This document shows, one piece after another, positions 61,969 to 64,000 of a DNA stretch of 64,000 nt. The stretch covers positions 2,095,303 to 2,159,302 of the forward strand of contig NW_018405342.1 of NCBI RefSeq assembly GCF_002113885.1. The letters are read 5' to 3'. Under the pieces are notes generated by a model, which saw nothing but the letters and a program-made list of their open reading frames with translations, was not told the origin of the DNA and did not search any database. Both the position numbers and the translations under genes were made by a program. Numbering within the stretch: position 1 is the stretch's first letter; each line of letters opens with the position of its first letter. The DNA is from Mizuhopecten yessoensis (taxonomy: Eukaryota).

Positions 61969-64000
61969 CTGTGAAAAATCAGTCAAAATTAATTTCATTT
62001 TCAATAAAGATATATTTTTATGGCACATTGATACAACTAGGTCATTCTTTGCCAAACAGCAGAAAAAAATTAACGGCGAGTGCCCGTAATTGGAAAAAAA
62101 TAAGAATGTAATACCTCAGTGGCCCAGCGGGTGTGCTGAAATAAACAAGTGCCAGCGGACAAAAAGTCAAAGAAACCAAGAACAAAAGACAACCCGACAG
62201 TGGTATGGTATGGTAGACCTTATAAACATGTCTATGGACCTGTGCCACACAAAGCGCTGTGGTCCTTCATCGTAGACTGAGCTAGAAGTTTTTACTGAAA
62301 GCTCACGAGGAAGAGACACTTTCTGTCGTTGTTGTCAGTCCCATTCAACGTACAGGGGGGGATTGTTTGGTGGCATATTGTCCCAACCTTCACAGGTGTC
62401 TCCCCCTTTAAGCCGGAAAATGTCAGCTTGTCTAGGGGGAGATAGCATCGTGCAGAATGGCGCGATCTAAGTCAAAACAATAGTATGACGTCACGTCAAC
62501 AGTGTAGCAGACCATGGAAGACAACTCTGGATTTGCTTGGAAAACATGCAATCAACGCTTATATTTCATGCAATCATGCACCGCTTGTCGGCCGATTAAC
62601 AATCATCCATTGAGCAAGGTAGGGAAAGATTATGAAAGGCTTGTATTCACGAAACCGTTGTTTAACTCAGGTTTTGTTCTCAAAACCGTTGTTTTGGCGA
62701 CGAATTGATTAAAATTCACACGTCGTCAACAATTTGGAAAACATTTGGAGAGACGTGAAGTTACATACCGACTCCAGTTTTTACACTTGACCTCTCGGCC
62801 TCGTCGTATGATTTAAGCGAGTTACAAGAAAGTTGGTTTGAGCACAGTATGCATGCTTGAGCACGTTAACAGTTCAAGAAAAAGAGCCTAGGTGTAAGAA
62901 AGGGAATGTAACGGATTAAGGATGTGAAACCACGAGAGAAAGCCACAGGAAAAAGCGTGATAAATCCCTCATCCATGTTGGTCACAAACTGGGGAGCGGA
63001 AAGTGAACTTGGAAAGCTGATGTTTTTATACAATACAGAATTAACGCTGAGGCCACATACTAGTACGCTCAGAGCAATCCCGACACCTCATCCCCATAGA
63101 GCTCACCATATCACGGGAGGAGTGTGAAGATTATATATACTGCTAGGAAATCCACGGGATGAAGAAAGTATGGTATTGAGAAAATAAATAAACACAAATG
63201 ATGGGCTCGAACTAAGACGAACTTTCAATCTAGGAATGACCAAACCAAGCCCTTTTACTGCGGTGATCGGACTAGTAACATTTGATTACACGTCTTTGTT
63301 CAAGATGGAATACAAGATGGAATGCAATGTTCCAATTTTGAGGTAAGAGCACATGTCTGTTACACTTTTTGGAGAATAAAAAAGTTTCATTGGATCAATA
63401 ATGATTCAATTCAACAGTCCAAAAATTCGCACCTAAATGCGCTGTATGACAAAAACGCGTTTATAGCTTGGGAAACACATGTTTTATTACACAATGTCCA
63501 CAGTAGCAAATCTGACGACATGTAAAATAAATGTACGGCACAAATCTAAGCTTTTTTCCTGATTTAATACGGACACGAGGATATGATTTAATTCTGTTAT
63601 CGGCTCATAACATTAAAAAAACTGACGAAAGAACTACTTTCGATCGGAAGAACTGTAAGAAGCATTTTGATTGGATGATGGAAACAGTTTCGTTATGACG
63701 TATTGATTTTTAATTAATTTTGTGTATTGTATCATTTGATGCACGATCTATCAAATTAAGTGTTTGAAAATATTTAATCGTTTTTTGTTTTTTGGTTTCT
63801 TTAATTTATATCAGAATTAAATTATAAGTATAAATTTGAATGATTTCTTTTTACGTTATTGAGTCATAACATGAAAAAAAGGAGTGTACTCTTTTCAAAA
63901 ACCACTATCCTTAAATACTAGATCAAAGTTAATCTAGATTGATAAATTTGGCGAAATAGAAAATAATATTTTTCATTTTACTATTGGTCACGTTTATTAT

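Overview
AT-rich, intron-rich animal genomic DNA. Its repeat repertoire (HINE/Helentron-like element, TTAA- and TA-flanked MITEs, tRNA-SINE heads) suggests a bivalve mollusc, but that assignment is inference. There are two spliced protein-coding genes, both on the minus strand; most entries in the supplied ORF track are spurious or single exons. (1) A complete PACSIN/syndapin gene: I rebuilt 10 coding exons by hand from 46412 to 2321 with canonical GT-AG sites and consistent phases. They give 1545 nt, or 514 aa, with F-BAR, two NPF motifs and SH3. A probable non-coding first exon and promoter lie near 49715-49835, and one intron is 22.7 kb long. (2) A DRAM/TMEM150 (Frag1/DRAM/Sfk1) family membrane protein gene: 7 coding exons from 61968 to 57736, with the first coding exon unresolved. 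It contains a clear U12-type minor-spliceosome intron (59095-59657). The introns hold about 14 tandem arrays and many non-autonomous DNA elements. The most unusual patterns are: a fixed-length 91-bp TTAA-bounded palindromic element family (11 copies in 3 diverged, apparently ungapped subfamilies, all inside PACSIN); CAG-ended elements with 5-bp target duplications; a symmetric NPF cassette exon; a divergent SH3 domain; and a promoter-like cluster inside the large intron. I found no prokaryotic-type system, CRISPR array or autonomous transposase.
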